Shown: positions 36,971-46,409 of the stretch, piece after piece
How positions within the stretch are numbered: position 1 is the first letter of the stretch
How the letters are laid out: every line of letters begins with the position of its first letter
Source: a virus
Direction: 5' to 3' (one strand)
IMG/VR virus record: IMGVR_UViG_3300032213_003144
Span: 32,001-96,000 of that record
DNA length: 64,000 nucleotides
Translations under genes and position numbers: made by a program
The notes under the pieces: model-generated
Database searches by the model: none
The model's input: only the letters and a program-made list of their open reading frames with translations
Told to the model about the DNA's origin: nothing

Positions 36971-37283
36971 AAGTATTGGCGAGGGAAACCTTTATAACGC
37001 TGAATCAGACATGTCGTACCATGAGCAAAAATTAGCTGTTACTTCATATTTAGTTGGGTTTGACCCATCAGACATTGATTCAATGAGAATCGACTATGCC
37101 GTTGTTAAACTGCGAAAACTATGGAACTACTCCAGCGATGTGCGCGGAGACGTCGCTAATTCAACATTTTCTTCAAACAAGATTCATACGTTTTTATCAA
37201 AACAAAATGTCGCGCTAACAGAAGGTGCAAGATACGCGTACTGGAATTACTGTCTTGCAAGGGGTGTGAAAAATGGACAATAG
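36960..37283 (+). CDS. Hypothetical protein
   Basis: GAGGAGG upstream; HEQKL...VGFDP motif. Confidence 0.6.
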   Translation: MRTRSIGEGNLYNAESDMSYHEQKLAVTSYLVGFDPSDIDSMRIDYAVVKLRKLWNYSSDVRGDVANSTFSSNKIHTFLSKQNVALTEGARYAYWNYCLARGVKNGQ

Positions 37284-38031
37284 ACAACTAAGAACAGCTA
37301 TGGCCTCCAGGCTGATTGGGAAAAACCCAATTGAGTCAATTTTCCCCGACAGCACAGAGGAAATACTTTCTCTAATATCAGAAATGGCATCAAATGTCAC
37401 CGAATGGAGAAAGAGCGTAGAAGGACTTACTATGAGTATTGCCGCCCGAGGCGGTAGTGATGGGTGCTGGTACATAGACCTTATTGCAAATTTTCAAACC
37501 GGATTCAAGGAACTTCTTGCAAGGTCCGATGATGCCCTGGCTAGTTACGCCTTTGCAAAATTACCTCAAAAAGCTTTATTTTTTACCCCAGACGCAATGA
37601 CAACAATGTATTCGCTTAAACACGAACATCCAGAAACAGAAATACATTTTGTTAATACCCAGTCGCTTTACAATTATGAAACGTTTGCAAGAGATTCATC
37701 GGTTGTCGGGGGACCAGATTCCTATAGAGACATCGATTACAGTGTTGTCGAAAGAGACGAGATTGGTTCTGGAGATGCTTCAGGTTATGATTTCATCCAG
37801 GTGGCAGCGTGGGATGCAGTTTACGATTTAGAAATACTCAACAAGTGTGTTGATGCTCTATCCAGTAATGGAATTCTCTACGTAATGTCAACTAATCATT
37901 CAGGAAAGATTTATAGAGACGATGCAAAAATGCATCCATACTACGGTGCTCACGAATTGTTGAATAGCAAAGATGGCTATACGTATCACAACTCAGACAC
38001 ATATGGGTTCACGGTATTTACTAAAAAATAA
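37273..38031 (+). CDS. Divergent class I methyltransferase-like protein
   Basis: YDFIQV...VDALSSNGILYV...YGFTVFTK resembles the C-terminal half of the Rossmann MTase fold; motif I is not canonical. Confidence 0.5.
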   Translation: MDNRQLRTAMASRLIGKNPIESIFPDSTEEILSLISEMASNVTEWRKSVEGLTMSIAARGGSDGCWYIDLIANFQTGFKELLARSDDALASYAFAKLPQKALFFTPDAMTTMYSLKHEHPETEIHFVNTQSLYNYETFARDSSVVGGPDSYRDIDYSVVERDEIGSGDASGYDFIQVAAWDAVYDLEILNKCVDALSSNGILYVMSTNHSGKIYRDDAKMHPYYGAHELLNSKDGYTYHNSDTYGFTVFTKK

Positions 38032-38036
38032 CGTTT

Positions 38037-39167
38037 CTACCTACAGGTATATCTTTCAAAGTCCATACCCTTGCGACGCATTACGTACTGCCAGAGATTA
38101 AATTTTCTAGACATAAATGCGCCCATGCATGACAAAAGGTAGAACTCCCACATTTTTCTAAATCGCTCGTCATAATTTGGGAGGTTTTCCCAATTTGATG
38201 TTACGTTTTTGTACCATTCCGCCAGAGTTTTTGAATAGTCCATGCCAAAGTTGTGCACATCTTCAATCACCCAATTTGGTTCTGCTGCTGCGGTGAATTG
38301 CGAAACCGATGGAAGGATTCCGCCAGGGAATATATATCTGTCATAGAACGGGTCAGCATCATGTCGTGCTCGAGTTGAGCCAATAAGGTGATGAACCATT
38401 ATTCCCTTGGGTTCTAATTGCTCATCACACTTATCAAAAAATAGTTTTAGATTTTTGGGCCCGACATGTTCCATCATTCCAATTGAAACAATCCGGTCAA
38501 ATTTGCCGAACTGTCCATCAAGGTCCTGGTATGTGAGTTGATGAATTTCAATCCCAAGGGGCTCGCATCTCTTGGTCGCGGTAGATATTTGCTTATCCAC
38601 AGGGGTAATCCCAACTCCAGTGATACCATACTTTTTTGCCGCATATTCAAGGAACCCACCCCAGCCGCACCCAATGTCCAAAACCCTCATCCCCGGCTTT
38701 AATTTTAGTTTTTTACAAATAAGGTCCATCTTCGCAATTTGTGCATCTTCCAAATTGTCTGCTTTTTGCCAATAGCCACACGAATACATCATGTAGTCAT
38801 CAAGCATCAGCTCAAAAAGGTCATTGCCAATCCCATAATGGAACTCCGCATTTTTTGGTGAACGACTTCTGTTCTGACGGTTAGCAATTCTTGACCATGC
38901 AGCCGCAATCGCAATACTTGGGCTCATCGGTATTTGTTTGGCCAAATCAATATTGGTAAAACGCGTAAGCATTTCGTCAACCTTTTCACACGACCACCAA
39001 CCATCCACGTAACCCTCTGCTAACCCAAGTAGTCTCTGGTCCATAAGCCTGTCCCATATACGTTCATCGTGGACTTGTATTGAGTACGGCTCGGGTCCGT
39101 TGATTGGGATTCCGGCCTGTGCGAATAGTTTTGTAAAGAGTTTGGATGATTTTTTTGACATATCCAA
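38037..39167 (-). CDS. cfa: Cyclopropane-fatty-acyl-phospholipid synthase
   Basis: HYGIGNDLF..MLD..M-x-YSCGYW, LEDAQ-x-AKMDLICKKL, VLDIGCGWGG, FDRIVSIGMMEHVG, YIFPGG, RF-x-x-MWEFYL. Confidence 0.95.
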   Translation of the reverse strand: MDMSKKSSKLFTKLFAQAGIPINGPEPYSIQVHDERIWDRLMDQRLLGLAEGYVDGWWSCEKVDEMLTRFTNIDLAKQIPMSPSIAIAAAWSRIANRQNRSRSPKNAEFHYGIGNDLFELMLDDYMMYSCGYWQKADNLEDAQIAKMDLICKKLKLKPGMRVLDIGCGWGGFLEYAAKKYGITGVGITPVDKQISTATKRCEPLGIEIHQLTYQDLDGQFGKFDRIVSIGMMEHVGPKNLKLFFDKCDEQLEPKGIMVHHLIGSTRARHDADPFYDRYIFPGGILPSVSQFTAAAEPNWVIEDVHNFGMDYSKTLAEWYKNVTSNWENLPNYDERFRKMWEFYLLSCMGAFMSRKFNLWQYVMRRKGMDFERYTCR

Positions 39168-39213
39168 ATCCTAGCATGGTAGCAAAGCGCAAAAATATTA
39201 AAAACAACCCCTG

Positions 39214-39231
39214 TGCTATGATTTTTGTATG
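39214..39231 (+). promoter_or_regulatory. Extended -10 leaderless promoter, divergent from a TGcTACCAT element in front of cfa
   Basis: TGcTATGAT-ttttgt-ATG. Confidence 0.6.
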
Positions 39232-39369
39232 TTTGGTCGCATTTTTAATAAAAAATCATGCCTGTTTAGGGACATCACTAAGAAGGATATCCTCATTATC
39301 GCCTTCGGCGCTCCTATCATCGCATTACTGTGCGGACTCGTTAATGAATTAGTGTCCAGACTGATTTGA
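39229..39369 (+). CDS. Small membrane protein (46 aa)
   Basis: Read by hand: MFGRIFNKKSCLFRDITKKDILIIAFGAPIIALLCGLVNELVSRLI; TGcTATGAT-N6-ATG upstream. Confidence 0.55.
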   Translation: MFGRIFNKKSCLFRDITKKDILIIAFGAPIIALLCGLVNELVSRLI

Positions 39370-39379
39370 GGACGGCAGA

Positions 39380-40090
39380 ATGAACGCTAATCTTCAGCCA
39401 AAATTCTGGGAAAACATCATCAAGGATGTTCCATCTATCGTTTCTGCAGTAAGTAACTGGCAGGAGATACTTGCCGAATTTGAAAAGCAGATAGAGGACA
39501 CAAAAGCTCTTTGGTTATGGAGCGTGCCGCGTGTGACGATATCAAGAGATGACCTCAAATCACCAAATAACCCTGATGACATAAAGCTTTACAGTGGTGA
39601 AAAATGGAGAATAATGCCGGCTGGGGTGGCTCCCGAATCTGCAGAATTTCTCGGTCTTGGAGAAGAACTGGGTCGCAGGGTGGTGAAGATGAAGACAAAG
39701 ATGCCATATGAAGAGGGACTGAAGAAACTTCAAGAAACACTTCCGTTCACATCGTCCTTATTTGCAGATTACTCAAAACGTGGAGAATTAAACAACGCAG
39801 TGCTGAGCGTTTTGTCTCCGGGGACAATAATAAACCCACACCGCGGCGACCCGACAATCATGAGAATTCATATTGGCCTCAAGTGTGACCCGAATTGTTC
39901 AATCATGGTTGGCAATGATGATGTTGGTTATGAGTCGAGAACCTGGGAACCGGGCGGGGTAGTGGCGTTTAGAGACGGTGGAGATTTCTGCCATTCTGTT
40001 ATTCACAAGGGCAAAGAAGATAGATGGATATTAATGTTTGACATACCAATCGACTACTTAAAGACAGTAGTCGATAATGAGTATTTATGA
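39380..40090 (+). CDS. Aspartyl/asparaginyl beta-hydroxylase-family 2OG-Fe(II) oxygenase
   Basis: SVLSPGT-x-I-x-PHRG...RIHIGL...RTWEPG...F-x-D...HSV-x-H-x-G-x-x-DR-x-ILMFD. Confidence 0.88.
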   Translation: MNANLQPKFWENIIKDVPSIVSAVSNWQEILAEFEKQIEDTKALWLWSVPRVTISRDDLKSPNNPDDIKLYSGEKWRIMPAGVAPESAEFLGLGEELGRRVVKMKTKMPYEEGLKKLQETLPFTSSLFADYSKRGELNNAVLSVLSPGTIINPHRGDPTIMRIHIGLKCDPNCSIMVGNDDVGYESRTWEPGGVVAFRDGGDFCHSVIHKGKEDRWILMFDIPIDYLKTVVDNEYL

Positions 40091-40944
40091 TTCCCGAAAG
40101 TGAAGCGGCGGAATACGCCAAACAAATATCATCAACCCAATCAGTTTCAATATTGATTTATTCGTTTGCCAGCATTTGTTTGTACATTCTAAATATTGCT
40201 GCGTACCAGAACGATTTATATGGTCTTCTGATAGCTTTGCCTATTAGCGCTATAGTTTCATACTATATTTTTTCCACTGTTCACGAAGCAGTACACAATT
40301 CCGTAGTCCCATCAAATAGAAAAATAAATGACTTAATTGGACGGGTTTTTGCTTTTGTTTTAAATATGGATTTTGCATCATTTAGAAAAATACATCAACA
40401 GCACCATATTCATGCGAATTCTAAGCGCGACCCAGATTCCATATTTGGAGAACAGGGTAAGCGCTCCTATGTCATTACTATGCCAACATTTTTGGTTTTA
40501 TTGCGAATATTCGTTGTGCTCCCAAGAAATATACGAATGAAATTTATTAAGAATTTAAGCGGCAGGACAAAAGTGTTTATTTACTTATACCAAAAAGACA
40601 ATAGTCAATGTCGAGTATATGTAATAAATTTCTACTTGGCACTTATTTCGCTAACCATATTTGGGTTTGATTCCGTGATGATGTTTTGCTATATGTCTTC
40701 AATGCTGGCAATGTTCATTATCTATCCAATGGTAACCTGGTTGCCGCATTTGTCTATTTTTGATAGAGAAGAACACGCTGTCGATAAATATAAAACGACC
40801 AAAATACAAGGGGGCCGACTTAGTCCACTTACCCTATTCCCAATACCTCATCATTTGACCCACCATCTTTACCCCAGTGTTCCTGTTTCAAGACTGAAAA
40901 AGATGTCAAAATTTATACAACCGATGTTGGGTAGTGCCAAGTAA
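40087..40944 (+). CDS. Membrane fatty-acid desaturase/hydroxylase family protein
   Basis: Three His boxes HEAVH, HQQHH, HLTHH-x-x-P-x-VP plus TM helices. Confidence 0.88.
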   Translation: MIPESEAAEYAKQISSTQSVSILIYSFASICLYILNIAAYQNDLYGLLIALPISAIVSYYIFSTVHEAVHNSVVPSNRKINDLIGRVFAFVLNMDFASFRKIHQQHHIHANSKRDPDSIFGEQGKRSYVITMPTFLVLLRIFVVLPRNIRMKFIKNLSGRTKVFIYLYQKDNSQCRVYVINFYLALISLTIFGFDSVMMFCYMSSMLAMFIIYPMVTWLPHLSIFDREEHAVDKYKTTKIQGGRLSPLTLFPIPHHLTHHLYPSVPVSRLKKMSKFIQPMLGSAK

Positions 40945-41131
40945 TATGAACGACCGTGAGTTGGCAGATATGTTGTATGCTGCTTTTTCTAGAAATGAAA
41001 TAGACGAAGCATATATTCCAAAGCCAGGACAAAAATGCGCACCGCTACAGGACCATGATGTGGTTAGGGACATATTTAGGTGCAAACAAGAGGCACTCGC
41101 TGCATACAGAGAAGCTCGGGGAATAAAATGA
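40934..41131 (+). CDS. Hypothetical protein
   Basis: Overlaps both neighbours in a coupled operon. Confidence 0.55.
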   Translation: MPSNMNDRELADMLYAAFSRNEIDEAYIPKPGQKCAPLQDHDVVRDIFRCKQEALAAYREARGIK

Positions 41132-41799
41132 TAGTTAAAGACAATTTTCTCTCACCTGGAATGCTTTCTAATGTTTTTGAAGATAAAACATTTTTTCCAG
41201 GCATCATGCAAGCTGATAGCCGAATAGCAAGTGAGGTCAATTCTTACCACGACGAACAGGCAAGTTGCTATGCGCCGTATATGTTTTGGGATGGATGGTG
41301 GACGTCTCCGGCGGATACTCTTAGGAAAAAGGTAATTAGGAATATATGGGAAAGTAATCTTCAAATCAAGAAAGAAGACATTCTTGGATTTGAGTACTGG
41401 ACGCGCACATTTGGGCCAGGACAATTTCTTGGGCCTCATGTTGATGAAGATACTTTTTTGTATCAAGAAAGCAAAATATACAACGGACCAGAAATTGGTT
41501 GTGTTTACTATGGACCATCCGAGGAAAAAGTTGTTGGTGGCTTTCTTGAGCTATTTGAATCAAAACTTGTATTTGGTGAAGCCAACGCTCTTGAATGGGA
41601 AAATCTAGAAACAAAGCTAGACCCAATTGAACTCCGGGAGAGAATTGCTTTCAAGGAAAATAGATTAATAATATTTGATGCTGGAAGAGTGATTCATCAG
41701 ACCAGCCCATGCGTTTCTGGGGTTAGAAATGTCATGGTTGTAAATGTATGGCTAAAGTCCAATCCACCTGTAGATATGGAAAATTTTGTATATGAATAA
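41128..41799 (+). CDS. 2OG-Fe(II) oxygenase
   Basis: GFEYW...HVDED...GGFL...NRLIIFD...H...G-x-R; start at the ATGA overlap (track start 41080). Confidence 0.85.
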   Translation: MIVKDNFLSPGMLSNVFEDKTFFPGIMQADSRIASEVNSYHDEQASCYAPYMFWDGWWTSPADTLRKKVIRNIWESNLQIKKEDILGFEYWTRTFGPGQFLGPHVDEDTFLYQESKIYNGPEIGCVYYGPSEEKVVGGFLELFESKLVFGEANALEWENLETKLDPIELRERIAFKENRLIIFDAGRVIHQTSPCVSGVRNVMVVNVWLKSNPPVDMENFVYE

Positions 41800-42397
41800 C
41801 GATATTACCCCAATACCAATATCCGATTTCAACATATACATGACAAAATTAGATGTTGATAATTCTAAAATTATGGAAGAATTGGACATAGGTAAAAGAC
41901 AGGTTGAGCCTTCCTATAAAGATGGTTTTCTATCCAAAACAACAGTCACGTATTTTGAAGATGAACGACTGCCACTAGACGCCAAAGAATGTGAAAAACT
42001 CAAGAAATTGATGACCGAAAAAGTTAGCATTGCTGCAGGAAAACCAATGATTCTTGCCGAGATATGGTCACTGACCCTCAGTCGTGGTCAGTCCATAACC
42101 GTTCACACACATAAGTCAAATACTCATATGCGTCCAGAAGATTACTACTCTGTTTCATATTATGTAAATGCCCCTGAGGGAAGCGCAAGATTGATATTCA
42201 ATGTAAACATATGTAACACAATTGAGCGCTTAATACCAATAACACCAGAGCCTGGAATGTTTTTAATTTTTAACTCATTCATACAGCATTACAGCGATAG
42301 ACATTGTTCAGACGAGCCAAGACTGGTTATAAGTGCAAATTTCCACCCCAAAGACCCTGATTTGACACCCGTCCCAGACTGGTCCGCCTACAACTAG
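41786..42397 (+). CDS. Putative 2OG-Fe(II) oxygenase (TIGR02466-like)
   Basis: W...HTH...S-x-SYYV...PEPG-x-x-LIF-x-S-x-x-x-H...R-x-VISAN. Confidence 0.85.
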   Translation: MYMNNDITPIPISDFNIYMTKLDVDNSKIMEELDIGKRQVEPSYKDGFLSKTTVTYFEDERLPLDAKECEKLKKLMTEKVSIAAGKPMILAEIWSLTLSRGQSITVHTHKSNTHMRPEDYYSVSYYVNAPEGSARLIFNVNICNTIERLIPITPEPGMFLIFNSFIQHYSDRHCSDEPRLVISANFHPKDPDLTPVPDWSAYN

Positions 42398-42406
42398 TAT
42401 CAATAT

Positions 42407-43267
42407 ATGGCTGCAGATATAAAAAATCTCGGTGGCGGTGTTGTCGTTTTTGAAGACGCAATTAGTGTCCCAATTGCGGAGATAGTAGAGGTCATTGACA
42501 GACTTTCTGATGATGCAATAAAAGAGCAGTACGAGTATGTATATGACACCAATGGCGAACCAATTCATGCAATAAACAAAAGTGGGTTTATCTACCAACT
42601 TGACTCAATAGCAAAAAGTCCAACAAGAATTCAAAACCTTACCGACCCATTCTTTTGGCAATGCGAAAACGCAATATACAAATGTCTTCTCCAGTACATC
42701 GAATTATTTCCCGCCGTTCTTCAGTGTCTATGGTGGAAAAGTGAAGGGCATGTCCTGAAGTACCCAACTGGCTCCAGTCTCGGATTCCACTGTGACAATG
42801 ACGTGAATTATCGATATGGACAACTCCCGCCTTTTGAGCATGCCACAAGGAATGTGATAAGTGCTCTTGTGTACATAAACAACAATTGCGATGACTCAGA
42901 TTGCGACCAGTTTTCCTTTACTGGCGGAGAAATGATTATTCCGTATTTCGACATAACTATAAAGCCAAAAAGCGGAACAGTAATTTTCATGCCAGCGAAT
43001 TATCTCGGTGCGCATGAAATTATGGAGATAACTTCTGGTTCCAGATACTCCTATCTTTCGTGGTTCGCCCAGGGCTCTCCACAGCAGGAGAAAGGTGTTT
43101 CTCCACAATACCTAGAAAGCTCAGACGATAGGCCCATCGGCGGTCAGTGGTGGATGCCAACACTTATTGCGGACTATGACAAACACCTTATGGACAAGTA
43201 TGGCGATGAGGGTAGAATACCCCCAGGAGCAACTCCATTCAAGTCAAGAAAGAACGACCATAAATGA
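42407..43267 (+). CDS. 2OG-Fe(II) oxygenase (LGGGVVVF subfamily)
   Basis: HCDND...GG...P-x-NY-x-x-AHE...G-x-RYSYL-x-W. Confidence 0.9.
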   Translation: MAADIKNLGGGVVVFEDAISVPIAEIVEVIDRLSDDAIKEQYEYVYDTNGEPIHAINKSGFIYQLDSIAKSPTRIQNLTDPFFWQCENAIYKCLLQYIELFPAVLQCLWWKSEGHVLKYPTGSSLGFHCDNDVNYRYGQLPPFEHATRNVISALVYINNNCDDSDCDQFSFTGGEMIIPYFDITIKPKSGTVIFMPANYLGAHEIMEITSGSRYSYLSWFAQGSPQQEKGVSPQYLESSDDRPIGGQWWMPTLIADYDKHLMDKYGDEGRIPPGATPFKSRKNDHK

Positions 43268-44154
43268 TTTTCAACGATTCAAAAGCCGAACATCTTGGTG
43301 GTGGTGTTGTTGTATTTCGCAATGCTGTATCTGTTAATTGGGAGTTTGCTAATAATATTTCAAAAGAAATAGTTGATAGAGAAGTTGTAGAAATGTATTC
43401 TCCGGCAATAAATCCAGATAGCGGCAAAGAAGAATACGTAAACAGAAGTGGATACTTCTTTTCTAAAACCGGAATCGACAAAATGCCCAAAAGGGGCTCA
43501 AGGGTTCATCAGGACACCAGGGGCGAGGTTGTCGAGTTGTTTACATTTTTAGAAGACTCAAAAGATAGGTACTTGTTCAAATACATGCACATGTTTCCAT
43601 TATCATATAAAAATATTTGGTGGAAAGTTAAAGGGCATTTAGTTAACTATTCGTCTGAATGTGGTGGATACATCGGTGAACACAGTGACACCAGCGTTGA
43701 CTATGTTTACGGCATTCCTCACCCACCCCATCAGTTGGCGTCAAGAAATACGCTCTCTTGCATTGTGTATTTTGGCAGCTGCGTTGATGGACACATTCCT
43801 TCTGGGCCTGGTGATTTTACTGGTGGACATCATAAATTTACATATCTTGATATTGAGTACATCCCAAACCGAGGGGACATACTGATGTTCCCGTCAAACT
43901 ATGTAGCAGCACACGAGGTAACACCAGTTAGGTCAGGAAATAGATTCACCTATCTCGGATGGTATGCACACGGAACTCCAAACCCAAACGTCAATGAAGA
44001 AGTCGAGGACCCAGGAGTCAATCCAGAAAAAGCCGCAATATCATCAAATGTTTATATCCCATATTTAAGAGATAAATTCTTGGATTATCTAGACTCTGTT
44101 GGTGAAGATAAATCTTCAAAAACATATAGACTTGCCCTCGGGGAAGGCATATGA
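43264..44154 (+). CDS. 2OG-Fe(II) oxygenase (LGGGVVVF subfamily)
   Basis: HSD...FTGG...FPSNYVAAHEV...G-x-RFTYL-x-W. Confidence 0.9.
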   Translation: MIFNDSKAEHLGGGVVVFRNAVSVNWEFANNISKEIVDREVVEMYSPAINPDSGKEEYVNRSGYFFSKTGIDKMPKRGSRVHQDTRGEVVELFTFLEDSKDRYLFKYMHMFPLSYKNIWWKVKGHLVNYSSECGGYIGEHSDTSVDYVYGIPHPPHQLASRNTLSCIVYFGSCVDGHIPSGPGDFTGGHHKFTYLDIEYIPNRGDILMFPSNYVAAHEVTPVRSGNRFTYLGWYAHGTPNPNVNEEVEDPGVNPEKAAISSNVYIPYLRDKFLDYLDSVGEDKSSKTYRLALGEGI

Positions 44155-44879
44155 AATTAACACACCTCGGAAGCGGAATAGTATTAGTACGAAATTTAGT
44201 CGAAATTTCGCACGATGACACCAATGAAATAAGTGGAATATTCAACTCAACGGCACCACAAGGTTTTTCGATTGTTAATGGGAAAATAATAAGTGATGGT
44301 GGATATGAGTTTGACGAGATTGGTAGGAGCAAGTCTCCGACCAGATATACAGACATAGGAGAATTCGCTATAACAAAGAAGTTGAGGGAGTCAATGTATT
44401 CAGCAATCGTTGAATACTGTAAAGTATTCCCAGTTGCTCTTGAGTGTATAACTGGGCAGACTGATGGCTACATGATTAGATATGGTCACGGAAGTGATAT
44501 GGGTCCACACTCGGATTGCAATCTTCCGTACAAACCTGGAACCCTTGAGCCGATGACAAGTAGTCCTGCATTCAATACTCTTACAACCTCTATATTTCTT
44601 AACGACGGGTACGCCGGGGGGGAGGTGACTTTCAGGATGTGGGGAATCACGGTTAAGCCAGAAGCTGGAACTGCAATTATCTATCCATCAAATTTCATTG
44701 GCTGCCACGAGGTTGCGGAAGTCAGCGATGGAGAAAGGTGGGCTTTTCTTAGTTGGTTTTTCCACGGAAACGGACAGGAGAGCAAAGATGGTTCCTATGA
44801 GTGGTCCCAGCAACTAAAGCAAAAAGTTGGACTTGGAAATATTTTTCAGAAAAACATTCTAATAGGGGATATTAGCTGA
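44151..44879 (+). CDS. 2OG-Fe(II) oxygenase (LGSGIV subfamily)
   Basis: HSD...FLND-x-Y-x-GGE...PSNFIGCHEV...GERW. Confidence 0.9.
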   Translation: MKLTHLGSGIVLVRNLVEISHDDTNEISGIFNSTAPQGFSIVNGKIISDGGYEFDEIGRSKSPTRYTDIGEFAITKKLRESMYSAIVEYCKVFPVALECITGQTDGYMIRYGHGSDMGPHSDCNLPYKPGTLEPMTSSPAFNTLTTSIFLNDGYAGGEVTFRMWGITVKPEAGTAIIYPSNFIGCHEVAEVSDGERWAFLSWFFHGNGQESKDGSYEWSQQLKQKVGLGNIFQKNILIGDIS

Positions 44880-45417
44880 ACAATCTTTTAAAGGTTGTTC
44901 GATTGAGTGCCTTCGCCGAATCAGCACAAATGTGAACCTTCCATATCCCATCAGAAAATAGGGATTCTACAAGTTTTATTGATTCTTGCTTGCCCGACAA
45001 ATATAAGTCACGCTTATCCTCACCGCCCCCTTGGTCGTACCCGGTAGGAAATCCTCGAAACAGTGCTTCAACAAAATCTATATTTGCGGAACCTGCCATT
45101 TCTCTTACTTCTTGTTCCGACTCTTCACCGTGAAGATTGTTTCCGTCGACATATATGCCCTTGAAACCATGTTTTGCTGTTGCGGTAATTGTTTCAATCC
45201 CAATATTTAATCTTCCTATACAAAATAGAATGTCTGAAGCATCCAGCAGCTCAGGAAGTGAGTCATGTCGTACTGCGCCGGTAAGTGTTTTAGCGTTATC
45301 CAGTGTCTGTTGAGAACGACCAATAGGAGTCCAGTGGACTTCGTTTCCGGAATTAGTGACACTCTTTGAGATTGTTAGGCCCATTTTCCCCATAGACACA
45401 ATTCCAACCTTAAGCAC
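44872..45417 (-). CDS. NAD(P)-binding protein (6PGD/3-hydroxyisobutyrate dehydrogenase N-terminal-like), lacking the C-terminal domain
   Basis: KVGIVSMGKMG, GRS-x-x-T, YVD-x-N, LYLSG, ASA-like end. Confidence 0.7.
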   Translation of the reverse strand: MLKVGIVSMGKMGLTISKSVTNSGNEVHWTPIGRSQQTLDNAKTLTGAVRHDSLPELLDASDILFCIGRLNIGIETITATAKHGFKGIYVDGNNLHGEESEQEVREMAGSANIDFVEALFRGFPTGYDQGGGEDKRDLYLSGKQESIKLVESLFSDGIWKVHICADSAKALNRTTFKRLFS

Positions 45418-45419
45418 GA

Positions 45420-46409
45420 CTATTGGGCTTTCTGGTTTGCCGGATTTATGTATCCTTGTTCGCCCTCTAGGTTTCTGACGAGGTAATCAACATTGTTGGA
45501 ATTCTCGTCCAGGTGAGAAAAGTTTGTCCTCAGATGGGAGCAATAAGCTTGATAGTCATCAAACACTGAATCAATCCAATGTGGAGCACACCAGTTTGAA
45601 ACCTCTCCTGGCTCAACAACTTCTATTCTGACATTTGCATCAGGGCTACCCTGAGAAAAAAACTCCAAATACGAATAACGAGTTCCGCCAGTAACCGTAT
45701 TTACGCCATGTGAGGCAACATAATTTGTGGGGAAGATTATTATGTCTCCCCGTTTGGCTTGATGAGATATACCCAGGTATGGGAAAAATAATTCACCGCC
45801 TGAATAGTTTGTTCCATCTAGCTCTTCCACCGAACCAACGCAATCGTTAATATAAAGAAGTACTGCAACCGTCTGTCTTGCGCCAAGCTGACCATAGGGG
45901 ATGTATCGCTGACCGCCAGTGGCCCTGTAGTTCGTATCATTATCGTTGTGAAGGCCGAGATACTTCCCGGTGTCGTAACGGAGAATGTGTCCTCGGTTTC
46001 TCCACCAGATTGTTCCTGCGACAAGGGGGAACATGTCGATATATCTAATTAGGGATTTATAAATAGAATCTTCCCAGTTTCTTACAATGTCCACAACCTC
46101 TTGCTCTGTGTTGTCTTGAATTGGTTGAAGCACTCTTACCGGTACGGCCTCCACCTGTTCCAGGGAGAACTTGTTCCCGTCCTCATTTTTTAAGTACACC
46201 ACTCCGTTTATGTCTGTGTCGTACTTCCATCTCTGCTGATGCGCAGCAAGGGCATTTTTATCAATCCATTTGGACATAAACTCCAAGTTGGTTTCCATGA
46301 CATTGTGAAAAACAACCACCCCACCACCAAGGTTGGTAAAGTCCAATTTCCTGATTTCCTCCAGAACCTCTGGCGTCATTTCTGGTGTATCAACCTCATA
46401 CCTCTTCAA
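45420..46409 (-). CDS. 2OG-Fe(II) oxygenase (LGGGVVVF subfamily)
   Basis: WWRNRGHILRY...HNDND...GGEL...FPTNYVASHGV...GTRY. Confidence 0.9.
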   Translation of the reverse strand: MKRYEVDTPEMTPEVLEEIRKLDFTNLGGGVVVFHNVMETNLEFMSKWIDKNALAAHQQRWKYDTDINGVVYLKNEDGNKFSLEQVEAVPVRVLQPIQDNTEQEVVDIVRNWEDSIYKSLIRYIDMFPLVAGTIWWRNRGHILRYDTGKYLGLHNDNDTNYRATGGQRYIPYGQLGARQTVAVLLYINDCVGSVEELDGTNYSGGELFFPYLGISHQAKRGDIIIFPTNYVASHGVNTVTGGTRYSYLEFFSQGSPDANVRIEVVEPGEVSNWCAPHWIDSVFDDYQAYCSHLRTNFSHLDENSNNVDYLVRNLEGEQGYINPANQKAQ

